Counted from the stretch's first letter, positions 13,341 through 26,231 are shown. The stretch: 64,000 nucleotides of DNA from Callorhinchus milii (GCF_018977255.1 NW_024704743.1:36644001-36708000), one strand, 5' to 3'. A program made the numbers and translations. Notes: generated from the letters alone by a model not told the origin.

Positions 13341-13454
13341 TTCATAGGACTTTGATGTGAGTGAGTTTTACATCTGGTTAGGAAAAAAGATAATGGCGAA
13401 AGAGCAGGATTAATACAATTGTTTTTAAATTGTAGATATTGATGAAATTTTGGG

Positions 13455-15045
13455 GGGCATACTGGGTGTCTGACACATGTGGAAATCCATCAGCATGCTT
13501 AAGAGTATCCAAACCAATCAGGATTCTATGCATCCCACCTATACATGGAAATTCAAGAGATATTTATTGGAAGGGAATGCACACTCTCCTGCTTACCTAA
13601 TTCTGGAGAGCAATTCGCTGGAGTACTGCGGACCAGCCTGGCTCAGGAACAAGACTACTGAGACTGCAACAGAGGGCTGGCTTGATTCTGATATTCCATT
13701 GCCAAACATGCCATCTTGGATCCAGTTCAGCCCCAAGGAGACCCGCTTACCCCCCCCCAAAAAAAATCTAATTGCTAATTGGTCATTTGACATCTGACAG
13801 GTGTAGGTTTGCAGCCTCACTAGTTGGATGGCACGCACCAGGAACTCCCTGTGAGCTTCCTGGTGGGCAACAAAGCTTAGCTCACCATCTTCCTGCCCGC
13901 AGCTCAGACACACATCTCTTCCCACCTGTTAGAGGTGCAGAGCTTGAGTAGCAATTGCTTACCTCTCTGCAGTTAAGCTGGATTCCAAGTACTGGATGTA
14001 TGGACGTGTGTTCATGAACTCGGACTCCACATAATGCCTTCTAAAAGCTTCCAGCTTGTCACCCCAAGCCTCAGAATTTCCGCATGATGTGGACATCGGC
14101 CTTCGGCATGGTAGGAGGACCTTTACAGGACAGCTTGTGAATTGCTAGCCACCTTGATGTTCTAGAGATTCAAGTCCAAAGCCACGTACTAGGCTTACTC
14201 ACTACCAGCTGTTTTATCCAGGTCCTCATGTGAACGTATTTGGCAAATAGAACATGGTCACTGTGAAGCCGCCTCCGTCTCCAGGGTACTTAGCGACAGG
14301 TCAGCATAGGCCGTAGCCCTCTCTCCCTGGAGATGCTTCCCATGTTTGCCACAAATCCACCTCACTGCTTGATTCTGGACTTTGCAATTGGGCTGGAAGA
14401 AGCCTCGCTGCTGTACCCCGAGGAGCTCAGATCCATAAAGGAGGACTGTTCGCACACAGGTGGGACCTTCCTGTTCTTGAAGAGAGATGAGAATGACTAG
14501 AGTATTTCGCCCCTTTTCTGCGCAGTTCTTCAGGACAGTGTCCGGGCAAAAGTTGGTGTTCATCACAATCCCCAGGTACCAGTAAGAATCAACAATTGGG
14601 ACTGATGCCTCTTGTATTTTCTGATCAATATCCTTGACATCTTCTCTTGAGCCATGCAAAATCATGATTCCACACACATTATAATGTCCGATTGGATGGC
14701 CCAGTATTCAAGAAGGTGAGTGCAGTTCAAAAGATCCTCAGGTGAGTCCGTCAGCATCACAATGTTGTTCACAAACAGAAGCACCGCAATCCTGCCAGAA
14801 AGGCTTAGAACAGATACACCAAGTTCAACACCCTCAATGGCATCCAACGCATCATTGATGAACACATCGAATCGGTGGGTGACAATAGGCAGTCTTGCCT
14901 TACTTCCCTTTCGAGAGGGATGGCTTTGTCCACTGTCAACCCTTACCCAGATCTTGGAGCTGGAATACATATTCTGGGTAAAATCCAAGATTTTGGCCAT
15001 GTATTCCCATGGCTTCTCGTTTCATCATGAGACCTTCATGAGGCA
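13455..15045 (-). mobile_element. Degenerate non-LTR retrotransposon distinct from local CR1/L2 (possibly RTE/RTEX group): RT, C-terminal CxxC motif and 3' region
   Basis: Across frameshifts: EREVRQDCLLSPT (~RGVRQGCPLSP), FDVFIND, LLFVNNIV (CpG-decayed LLFADDIV), CGIMI, VPIVDSYWYLGI, LLYGSELLG, CLSCGQEDGE, FFLGG, then the recurrent 3' region. Confidence 0.85.
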
Positions 15046-15473
15046 AAAGGTTGAAAACCTGCTGCTGAAAAAAAAGGCTGGGACAAAAGAAAGAGAAAGA
15101 GCAGACAGGGCAATAGGAAAGAAAGAAAGATTGGAAGTGATAGAAGGAAATAATTACCTATTTTAATTTTGTGAATTGTTTTAATTTGACAGTGTAAAGG
15201 GCAAAGCAATACTTTAAGGAAGGCTTGTTAAAATTGCTAAGTTGAAAGTAATATTTGGCCTAAGGAAATGCCAGATGCCTTTGCGGTCCTTTTGTGAAAT
15301 ATTTATGTTGATAGTGGTGGTTATGTGCAAAATTAATGGCAGCCAAAAATTTGTTTACTTTTTTAGGTATACATCTAGTATATGTGTACATAAAATCTAA
15401 TAGTTGCCAACATGCACATAAATTAGAAACTTAATAATTACGCATAAAAATCATCCTCTCCCAACCCCAAATT

Positions 15474-16266
15474 ATAATAATAATAATCATTGCATTTGTT
15501 ATAGCGCTTTATCACATCTTCGAGACGTCTCAAAGCATTTCACAGAATATACTGTAAAGTGAATTGACTATAATAATAATAATAATAATCCTTGCATTTG
15601 ATATAGCGCTTTTCACGTCGGGAGGACGTCCCAAAGCGCTTCACAGAACACACTGTAAAGTGAATTGACTGTATATTTGTGGGCGAACGCGGCAGCCAAT
15701 TGCGCACAGCAATGTCCCACAAACAGTCGTAGATTGAAAATAACCAATTTTATTATTGTTTTTGGTTTTGGAGGGATGATTATTAGGCTCTGTGTGGAGT
15801 AAGGAAACTTGCCCAAGGTTTCGCCCTGACCTGCCTGGAATTGAACTCAGGTCTCTCGCTTGCAAAGCGAGTGCTCTAACCACTGAGCTACAGGACTCCA
15901 CATGGGGGGGGGGAAAGGGTGGGAGGGAGAGATGGGGAGATGGAGGGGAAGGGGGGGGGAAGGGAGAGATGGGCGAATTTTTTTTTTATTTTGAGGGCGA
16001 AATGCGGCAGCTAATTGCGCACAGCAGTGTCCCACAAACAGTCGTCGATTGAAGTAACCAATTTCTTCTTATTATTTATTTTGAAGGAATTATTACACCT
16101 GGAAAAGCGATCTGCCAATTGACTTACAACCGGGTTCCTACTCATTGCTAGGTAAACAGAGACTTGTGGTGTAAGGAAACTTGCCGAACATTTCGCCCTG
16201 TCGGGAATCAAACCCAGGTCTCTCGCTTGCGAGTCAAGTACTCTAACCACTGAGCTACAGGACTCC
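15474..16266 (-). mobile_element. Older long-subfamily SINE interrupted by a young SINE and a G-rich tract
   Basis: Tail 15474-15569 and body/head ~15990-16266 join into one SINE when 15570-15990 is removed. Confidence 0.8.
15570..15899 (-). mobile_element. Young tRNA-derived SINE, short subfamily, full length
   Basis: Near-identical to 18135-18453, 27692-28020, 30821-31142, 63545-63867; CpGs retained. Confidence 0.95.
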
Positions 16267-17651
16267 GCATGATATTCCAGCGTTAAGCTTTTTACCTGGT
16301 AACTTTTACTAATTTAGAAAAACGTAGAATATATAAATTGACACTTCTCTCCCCCTCTAATTTGGGGATGGCTCAGGAGTCTCAATGTTGCTATGATGTT
16401 CACAAGTGGGAATTATTTTGCATCTTTATTGCATTATTACCAGGGGAAAATTTACAGTATTGTACAGTAAAATTGGGCAGCCTTTCAGTAACAGGGCAAA
16501 TTCAACTGTGTGGAATATATTGGGATCCCCAAGAGGGATCCCAATATATACTATAATTAGGGCTTCTTACTTTCAGCTTTAACCAATAAAAAAAATTATA
16601 AATCACACCCAATACAAAAAAATTAAAATAGTTGTTTATCCATTAAACACTGGAAAAACACCGGAAAAGCACCATGGTGAGCTTTTCTCTCTCGCTCGCT
16701 CTAGGTGGTGTGTGTATATCTTGGTGTACCAACTGCAAATGTGTCGTTCTCCGCCCCTCCCCCTCCGTGTGCGCAGGACGTCTGGTGAAGTGTTTGTATG
16801 TGAGAGGAGGGAGTCACTGCGGCGCATGTGTGAGGACTCTTCTCTCCTATTTGTATACACAGGCACATTTTCTCATTACAGTAACAAAAGCCCCCCAACC
16901 CCCTGATTTAGAAACACTCTAAAATTGCTATAAAAAAAAGTAATCCCCCCCAATCAAATTAATAAAACCAGAAAATCAGGAGCCCCAGTTAAACAGCTAA
17001 CAAATCATTTGAAAGAGATTTGTTATAAAAGGAGTGGGGATGGGAAATATTTTCAGTGTGAAATACTCTTTCCTTCATTCCCACTCAGTTATAACAAAGA
17101 GTAATTTTGAAGTCTGTTACAGGAGAAGAGATGAAGTATTTTTATGCCCTCCTTGGATGACGATAGATTTGGGACATTTTGGAATTCCTACATATTTGGC
17201 TTCTACTAGATTTTAGATCTATGATACTTTTTCAGTCAGAATCCAAAACGTAAAAGGATGCCAATTGGCACTGATATTGTGGCATATGTTGGCTAATGAC
17301 ATTAACTGAGTATCTATTTGCTGACAGACGATTCCAATATGTCTGATCTCCAGGATAAGGAAGCGGCTAAAACTTTCTTGCCACTTGGGAGCTCATAGAA
17401 ATAATGTAACTTAAAAATTAAAGCGAGTGCTTTACACCAGATGAAACCCGCTATGCCATCACCTCAATTATATTTTAGTGTTGCCCTTTAAGACTTTTGT
17501 AAAAATTGACCTTTGTTCAAAGTATTTTGCCTGTGGTATTGGTATTTAAAAATAATGTTCCCAAAGAACAGAAAGTTAATTTACGTAATAGAAAAGGCTT
17601 GTATTTTTACAGAACGTATAACTTCAAAACTGTACACAGTAACTATTAATG

Positions 17652-17750
17652 TAAAATAAAAACAGAGGTCGCTGAGAACATTCAGCAGGTCAGGCAGCAT
17701 CTATGGAGAGAGGAGAATGAGTTAATGTTTCAGGCCGATGACCTTTACAC
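17652..17750 (-). mobile_element. Penelope-type terminal fragment
   Basis: Reverse strand aggtcatcggcctgaaacattaactca...ccatagatgctgcctgacctgctgaatg, homologous to 63320-63455. Confidence 0.65.
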
Positions 17751-17769
17751 AGTAATTATTGTTACTTGT

Positions 17770-18090
17770 GACTATTTTTGTAGACAAACACAGCAGAGAT
17801 TTTGCACATACTATAAGGACATTCTACTAATAAAATGGGGCAAATGACCAGTTAATCTGGAGGATTGTTGACCAGGGGACTGGGAGAAATTCCCTTCTCT
17901 TTTTGAATAATTTCATGAGATCTTTAACATTCATCTGAACATTCAAGTTGGACTTTGGTGTAACATTTCTTCTGAAGGACAACACCTTCAACAGTGCAGC
18001 TGTCCGTCAGCATTACACTGGAGTGTCAGCAACTTGGACCCATAACCATTTGACCTAGAGGTGAAAGTGCTACTAAGTAAGCTAGGCTGA
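17770..18090 (-). mobile_element. Old DeuSINE-type SINE, degraded
   Basis: gatctttaacattcatctgaaca, tctgaaggacaacaccttcaacagtgcagc, actggagtgtcagc similar to 4372-4795. Confidence 0.6.
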
Positions 18091-18134
18091 TACCTTCGTA
18101 GATGTTTGCAGTAAGAATTGGGTACAATCTGCTG

Positions 18135-18453
18135 AATAATAATAATAATCCTTGCATTTGATATAGCGCTTTTCACGTCGGGAGAACGTCCCAAAGCGCT
18201 TCACAGAGCACACTGTAAAGTGAAGTGACTGTATATTTGTGGGCGAACGCGGCAGCCAATTGCGCACAGCAATGTCCCACAAACAGTCGTAGATTGAAAA
18301 TGACCAATTTATTATTGTTTTTGGTTTTGGAGGGATTATTATTAGGCTCTGTGTGGAGTAAGGAAACTTGCCCAAGGTTTTGCCCTGCCTGGAATTGAAC
18401 TCAGGTCTCTTGCTTGCAAAGCGAGTGCTCTAGCCACTGAGCTACAGGACTCC
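18135..18453 (-). mobile_element. Young tRNA-derived SINE, short subfamily, full length
   Basis: Head ggagtcctgtagctcagtgg, (att)n tail; near-identical to the other young copies. Confidence 0.95.
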
Positions 18454-19859
18454 AAATTGTCTATTAAAGCAGTTTTATGTTTTAATTTTGGTCTAAATTG
18501 GGTATGTAGCTGTACAGTTATGAAAGCCTATTTTAATGTGATTTTACCCTATTGATTCACTTTATTCCTTACTTTATTGCAATGGAATATAATTATTTCA
18601 TTTTTATAATTCTTTTTTCAAATTTATATAGTAAATTTAATAAATATTACACTGTTTACTGTAATTGAATCTCTTACCCTAGTACTAGATCACTGGTCAC
18701 TCACTCCATGGCTGTTTGTGGGATGTTGCTGTAACCAAATCAGCTGCCAGGTTCACCCATAAAACGCACACAGTCACACCACTTTAAATATATCCGGTAA
18801 GCGCTTTGAGGAGTCTCGACAATGTGATAAGGTGCTATATCAAATGCAGGGATGATGATTATTATTATTATTTGTTACTAAAAGAATAAAATAGGTAAAG
18901 ATTCTATAACTGAACTGAATATGTTTGGGCACAGAGTGTGAAGACTGGCATAGACAAGTTGGTCAAATAGTGTGTTTCCACTCTACATCATTCCATGCAA
19001 TTCTAGATGTAAATGTTGTGGGTACCACTACAGGGTTGATCTGCAGATGAAAGTGATTTAAATTATACTGATGGTAATAGAATACATTAAGGCATATCAC
19101 CTGTTTAACACTCATTATCCTTTCTTTTGTACACTTAATGGAACATGTACTACAAAAATCAATAAGAAAAAGTTTTGCCTTTTTTTAAAAAAACACACCA
19201 CAGCAGGCTGTTCTTTTAACAGGTAAGGACACATAAGTGGAGTAGACTGTATAATGAAGCAAACTGCTCTTTATTGCTACCACATTTGTAGTCAGTAGCA
19301 GTGCTCCCCTGTGTACTAATTATGGCTGTATCTTATCATTTGTTCAGCGGCTTTGAGGTGATGTCATTTTTAAAGTGCCTGCTGTGCTATGTACATAAAA
19401 GTTTTATCTGGTCCCATTTCAGTTCACAATTAACTAAACTGACAGCATCTGTTAGCAGTGTTAAAGGTTGCGTCTTTCGGTTTTCTATTTAATGGTTAAT
19501 CATCCTTTCTCCCCAGTAGGCACAATGGACAGACAATACAGATGGCAGTATCTAAAATATCTGCACTTGTGTACACTGTTACTGTTGCATATCAATTGAG
19601 TTCTTCCACCTTCCTCTTCTTTCATACCAACTGATACATGAGAAGTTTTTTAAATCATTTTGACTGGAGTGAAATTCAATTTGACTTTCTTTTAAATATT
19701 TTAGACCTCCTATATTGATGATGATAGTATTGTTATGCTATCTGAATTTTTTAAAAATTCCCTCAAATATAATAGAGGTTTGCGATGCTCACAAAGTTGT
19801 GACAAGTCTGATGAGAGGAACAACACATTGAAACTGATTGTGTTCCACAGTTACAAAGA

Positions 19860-20300
19860 CAGGTTTCAGTTAAGAAGAGAGACTTAAGAAGTTAGGACTT
19901 TTTCCACATAGCTGTGGAAAAGGGGTGACTTGATAGAGGTCTTCAAGATTCTGAAGGGTTATGATTATTTGCACTGTTCGGCACGTCGGTAGGTAACTGG
20001 AGGGCAGAAATTTAAGATAATCACAAAAGGAAAATATTTTGTAATTATCTTGACCACCTGAAGTGAAGAGGAAGTTCACACAAAACATTGTACACAGAGG
20101 GTGGGTGGAATGTGGGATTCTCAGCCACAAACTATTGTTGATGTAAGAGTCGTATTCGTTTTAGAAGGAGATTAGATGGATAATTTTAAAGGATATGAGG
20201 AGTGAGCAGAAGAGTAGGGTAGATGCAGTGGCACATGTAGTGAAAAACACTAGCTCAGACCTGAAGGACCAATTGGTTTCTGTGATTCTATGATTTCTAG
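19860..20300 (+). mobile_element. CR1 LINE 3' end, degraded
   Basis: aggggtgacttgatagaggtcttcaagattctgaaggg...cagagggtgggtggaatgtgggattc...gattctatgatttcta tail. Confidence 0.75.
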
Positions 20301-23300
20301 ATCACAGTTCCATTCTGTTTGTATTGTTCTTGTAAAGCATAATGTCAATGATAGGCAAATACATATCAGGTTGATGTCTGTTCAAATGTGGGTGTTTGTT
20401 TATAGGTACAGTTTAGAGGTCAGCATGGGTCAATATATAGTTTTGATACTTGGCCTAATATGGGATGCAAACTCTGCATTCCCTTGTACTTGGCATCTAG
20501 CATGGCCTGTTCTGGTTGAATATTTCAGTACAGTACAGGAGTTATGCACAATAAAAGATTTTAGGGCCAGCATGATTAAATTGATGAGATACCTTTTAAT
20601 CAAAACCACAAAAAATATCTACAGTACATGCAGAACTCATCAATTTCATTTGATGAGCTAGCCTATTTGCAAATTTGATAAGCATTTTATGAGCCTTCAT
20701 ACTGAGTACCAATAGCTGTGAACCATGAAAGGGACAACAATTTTATTTAAAGAGAAATTAATTATTCCTGTTCTATTCAAAGCAACAAGAAATAGGTGGA
20801 AGTGCTGGGAACATAGGGTAAAAGAAATATGAATATGAAAAAGAGAGGGGGGATATAGTATTTGATATTTATCCCCACCGCCCACCACCACCACTTCTGG
20901 AGATTAATTTTACCCAGAGTTGATGCACCAATATTGGTGCCATTGCTGCATTTTTTCTTAGTGAAGGAGAAGTAGAGCCCACGAGCTTTCCTGGGTGTGA
21001 GAACAACATTTCAACCCTGCTTCACCAGGCCCAGGCTTAAATTTAAACAGAATACTGATGTCCTGAAATGACAGACCAGAACTCCCCAGTATAAATATTT
21101 TTCTCTCTATCCTCCACTTAGCTTTTCCATCAAATATGGAAGGATATTCTTCCCACCAATTCTCAAGAAGAGATCATTTTCTGTTTTTATCCTGTAGCAA
21201 TGCTTGTTTAAAGCAACAATCGAGGTAAAATCGGTTTATCCAGCAAAATCAGAGTATCCTTTGCTTGTGATACTCAATATTCAGGGCCATTTGGCAGAAA
21301 CTTGTTGAAAATGAAATAAAGCCAAACTGAGGTGAACTAAAATAAAACCAGATGTGTTGGTACCTCCAGGGTATGTGAACTTTTGGAAATGTTTTGACTT
21401 CTGGTCCCTAGAATAATGTTTCTCCTTGGAGACACATTTGACGTTGGCTTAAGCTTATTTTCAGGTTTAGGTTTTGTCTGCAATATAAAGCTCAGCTTCA
21501 TGAATCATATTCGCAGGCGTGTGCATCAGAGCCTTCTGGATTGCTTATATTTCTTCATACACCGAATGCATGAAAAAGCAACTTGTTTATTGCGGGTTTC
21601 AAGGTGTTTGTGATTTGTTGGAGACAGAGTAAAGCCAAATATGGTTACCTGCCAATTGGAAACTGTTTATTTGTCCCTGTTCACCATCACCAGAAATAGT
21701 GATACCGTCAACATTGACCCAATATATTCACTCAAATGTCACCATGCAATAGTGAAAAGTGCACACAGCCAGAGACCTTTATATTTACAGATTTACTGAT
21801 GGACAGACTGCACTACTGCTGTATAAATTGGAATGCACAAGTAGCAGTGGCATTTCTGCACACACCAGAATTTTTAAAAAGTTGCAATGATATATTAACA
21901 GCAACAAATTGCATATATATATACTATATATCTTTAATTAATAAGTACTTCATAGGTTTGTAAATTTTCGAATTCTTGGCCAGTCTGCATTTTAGAAATG
22001 GGTATAAATGTTTTGCAGCACATAAATTGAGAAAGAAAATAAGACTAAATATAATTAAAAGACCAGCAGTGTTTCACTACCCAAAATGTTCATTTGTCCA
22101 ATTGCTACTTTGGAGATTTGCTGAAGAGAAGAGCCTGGTTGTTGTCACACTGGCAGATGCCAGAGAAAATCTACTTTTGTATTGAGGAAACGCCCCCATT
22201 AATCTCACTCTAGGGTCTTCACTGCCTCAGCTGATGCTGAGTGTGTAGGGTTTGGGAAATTGGTCTCAGGAGTGCAAACTCTTGAGGTGGAGAACTGGAG
22301 TGTCCTCTAAGTGTACTGTTAATTAGAAAACCACTGAACATGATTCTTATTAATAACATACTAGAGTTAGAAGATCTTGATAGTACACACTGTTGCTTTT
22401 GAATGACATTTTTTATCGATTCGCTCTGGAAACTTTATTGATTCAAATCAAACACAGACAATGAAAGTCTCTCCACACAAAGATTATTATCTTTATACCT
22501 TTATAAATACACTGACGTGTATTTTCAGCAATATCACTAACGTATCACTAACAATCTACATTTTCTGCCTTATTTTCTGGATTTTCTATAATACTGCCAT
22601 ATTTTATAATCTGCATAAGATTTTATAATCTACATTTTATGCATCTGCCTAATTGGCCTTTTCCAACAGAGCTTGAGTCATAAAATTCAAGGCAACTTCT
22701 ATATCTAGGTCGAATGCTTAGAGCTATTCTCTGTCAAGGTTCACAGCCTCAAGAGGTTTTTAGTTAGAAAAGGGATATATTTTACACCAAAATGCAAAAG
22801 TATTTTTTAACTAATATTTCTCAGCCTCACTGTATATTTTCCAACCAAAGTTGTACAAACCAGAGACATCTCCAATTTGGTTTCTATACTCAATTAGCTG
22901 ATCACAGCCACACACCAATTGGAGTGCTATACAACAACAACAACAAGATTCCATTTATACAGTCTATTCACTTTACAGCATATTCTGTGAAGCGCTTTGA
23001 GACGTCTAGAAGATGTGAAAAGCGCTATATCAAATGCAAGGATTATTATTATTCATTGGTTAAAAATGTAAGATTGTGCAGATGGATAACCTTCTTAATT
23101 TCTACCTTAATTTGAAAGCCAATTTTTTACAATTCATTTATGGTTCCGCAAAAAATCAGCTTCCAAATTAAATCTGAATGTAATACAGCTCACTGAAATT
23201 TTGCACTGTTAAATTTTAAAACAATTGTCTTAAGACTAAAAATGTGATAAATTTCAGGCCTCAAGTGAACCAAGAGATTGTAATTTGATCCTTCGAGAGT

Positions 23301-23644
23301 TGATCTAGTGTGAACTACTGTAAGAAATGTGAGTTGCAATGCTGCAGTATATTGCTCAAGTTCTCACTATATGTTGATGTTCAAGCAGTGCTGTTACTTT
23401 GACAACCAGAGGAGATGCTGAGCACTACAATCATTACGTGTACACATTCACTATGTTGCAATAAGATGGTGATGCAACAGCTCAACATTAGCCTCTCGCA
23501 CTACACTGATTCCTATTGACAATCTACCATTTCCTCTGTGTACAACTTCCCCTCCATCTTCACGATATCACAAAATATGTGTTCTCCAAAGAAAGTTATA
23601 AAATAGAGACTTGGTTCCCATCTGATGTGGTGTCTTTATTGCAG

Positions 23645-23806
23645 GAAGATCCAGTTACTAATCACATAGCTGCAAAGATTGTGGAGAATGTCTGCACCGC
23701 TAACTCATCTCTTGCTCAAGGATTCCTCACTGGAGAGATCGGTCTGTTACTTTGGTACCTTTTTACACACTCAACTGTGGATTCATTGCGGGTGACAGTC
23801 ATTTCA
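23645..23806 (+). CDS. ULK4: ULK4 internal coding exon (162 nt, phase 0-0)
   Basis: tgcag|GAA...TCA|gtaagt; EDPVTNHIAAKIVENVCTANSSLAQGFLTGEIGLLLWYLFTHSTVDSLRVTVIS. Confidence 0.96.
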
Positions 23807-25935
23807 GTAAGTCCTAATGTGCTTATTTGAAATCCTATTATTGAAAGATATCAGTACACAAACGTAGAATGGGCTAATTTGTTTAGTATTAAAAGCTCAC
23901 GTGTGGATACTATAATTTTTTGCCTGGTACTATAATTCTTCATTTGCTATGCTTCATTCTCCTTATGGGAGGGCTGGTAGGCTTTTCTTTCAGACCTTTC
24001 TGGCTGATGTTCTTGAGTATAGAGGCATTTGGCTACAGAAATACAATCACAACACTTTACAATAAATCCTATGAAATGCTTTGAGATGTCCTGACATCTC
24101 AATTTGATAAGGCACTATATCAAATGCAAGGATTATTATTATTTTCATTTATTTTGTGTGAGAGGAAGAGACTGGGTTTGCTTATCATCCTTCATCAGAT
24201 GACATAACAGAGATGGAACTCACCAGATGGAAAATCATGCCTGAAGAGGGCTTCATAACACTCTCTGACTCAGTGTAGCTGGACCTACAGCACATGATTT
24301 CCCTCACAAGATCATTGTCACTGAAATAATTCTGCCGGCTTTGGGATTTCGAACTCGTGTAGTCTCTACTCACACAACAATACAGTGTTGAGGGTACGTT
24401 GCATTGTTGAATGTGGGGTCCTTCAGATGATGTGTTGAAAACCAAGCTCCCTTCTGCCAGTTCAGATACATGTTAAAGATTCTACGGCACAGTTCGAAAA
24501 AACAAGGGAGTTTCTCCTGGCGCCTGGCCAATAAGTTCTTAAGTAAAATTGGCTAACGCTATCCAAATTGTATTTGATATAGTGCTTTTCACGTCAGGGG
24601 GATATCTTAAAGTGCTTCACGGGAGTTACTTAAAAGTGTAGGACATGTTGTAGGTGAACTGGCAGTCAATTTATATACATCAGTGTGTCACAATCAAACA
24701 TGTAATAAATGACCAATATTATCTGTGGGATTGGTGGTCAGAACACCTAAACAGGCATATGGGAACAGATGGGGACAACACCTGTAACAATGCAGTGCAC
24801 ACCCAGCACTGCACTGGAGTGTCATTTTTTTATATTTCACTTCAAATGTTTATCCAATTTACTTTTAAATTTTGTTATGGTCACAGCTCGATTAGCCACT
24901 TGTTGAAAAGCATTCCATGTTCCAACAGAAAATATTTCTTCAATCCTTCTACTTAATGCTTCCCTTGACAACCCTGATCTTATGCCCCCTTTTTACTGAT
25001 TTGCTAAGCAGAGGGAATAACCTTTAGCGTAATCTATCTATTTCCCACAGTAACAACAATAACAACAAATTACATTTGTATAGTGCCTTTCACGTTGGGA
25101 GGACGTCCCAAGGTGTTGGACAGTTAGGGATTTGGATCTGAGCTGGAGATTGGGGTCAGGAGGGGTAGATGACAAGGATTTCTATTGCCTCTCTAAGTGT
25201 GATTGTCCAATTAGAGACAAAAACAACAAAATTACATTTATATTGCACCTCTCAGATCGGAAGGATGTCCTGAGGCATTGGACAGTTAAGGGTTTGCAAC
25301 GGATTCCGGCCTTATAATCAAGAGAGGTGGCCGAAAGAGGAAAGTCTTCAGTTGTAAAATGCTCCATCCTAGGAACAGACTTGCGATTGTCTAAACATTA
25401 AATTTAGGAATCTTACAGACAGAAGTGAGACGTTGTTCATTCCATGGTTTGGATACAAACCCAAGTTCCAGAGGCAAATTTTGCCTGTCTTGGCTAAATT
25501 GTCATTTCCCCTTCTCACCTCAATCCAATGGTTCATATAAGAGCATTGACGCTGTCCACAATCTGTTCTTGCTTTCTTCACCAATGAGGTCTTGGGTTAT
25601 CATGGGATGGGGTGGGTGGGGGGAGGAATAGGGTAAAACATACAAACAAGCTACTAGCTTAGAAACAAATGGATTCAAATAAAGCTGCAGGAAACAGTTT
25701 CAATTCCCAGCCGGTCTCCTGGTCTGCTTGTTGAATTAATTTCTCATTATAAAGTAGTGCATATTTTTTGAAACATTTTAAAGGGACTATTACATATTGA
25801 TCAGCTGGTGTAAAATTTAAGTGAACCATATGGGAATTTCTAAACAAAACCTTTGTTCCAGCCCTAAATTCTATGATGCTATACACTTGGCGTTTAATTA
25901 GAGTGTATCTATAAATTTTTCTCTTGTCCCTGCAG

Positions 25936-26118
25936 GCTTTGTGCAGGATTACTCGCCACTCTGCTAGTGCCTTTCAAAGTGTCATTGACAAGGTCGGCTT
26001 GACAGCAGTGCTGAACTCCCTAGTGACTGGAATAAGCCGTGTTCAACAGTACATGTTGACTATGTTTATTGCAATGTTGTCATCTGGTGTGCACTTGCAA
26101 AGATTGGTGCAGGAAAAG
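25936..26118 (+). CDS. ULK4: ULK4 internal coding exon (183 nt, phase 0-0)
   Basis: tgcag|GCT...AAG|gtatg; ALCRITRHSASAFQSVIDKVGLTAVLNSLVTGISRVQQYMLTMFIAMLSSGVHLQRLVQEK. Confidence 0.96.
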
Positions 26119-26231
26119 GTATGACACAATAATAATTTCTTTTAGTTAATATTCCCTCCATGTTTTTCTGTGTCACAAATGTATGTGCGTGTTGATATTT
26201 GTAAAATATTTTCATATCTGATATTGTTTGC

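Noticed and set aside
24196..24260. ctgatga (minus) and ctgaaga (plus) as hammerhead cores
   Set aside because: No helix II followed by GAAA at suitable spacing.
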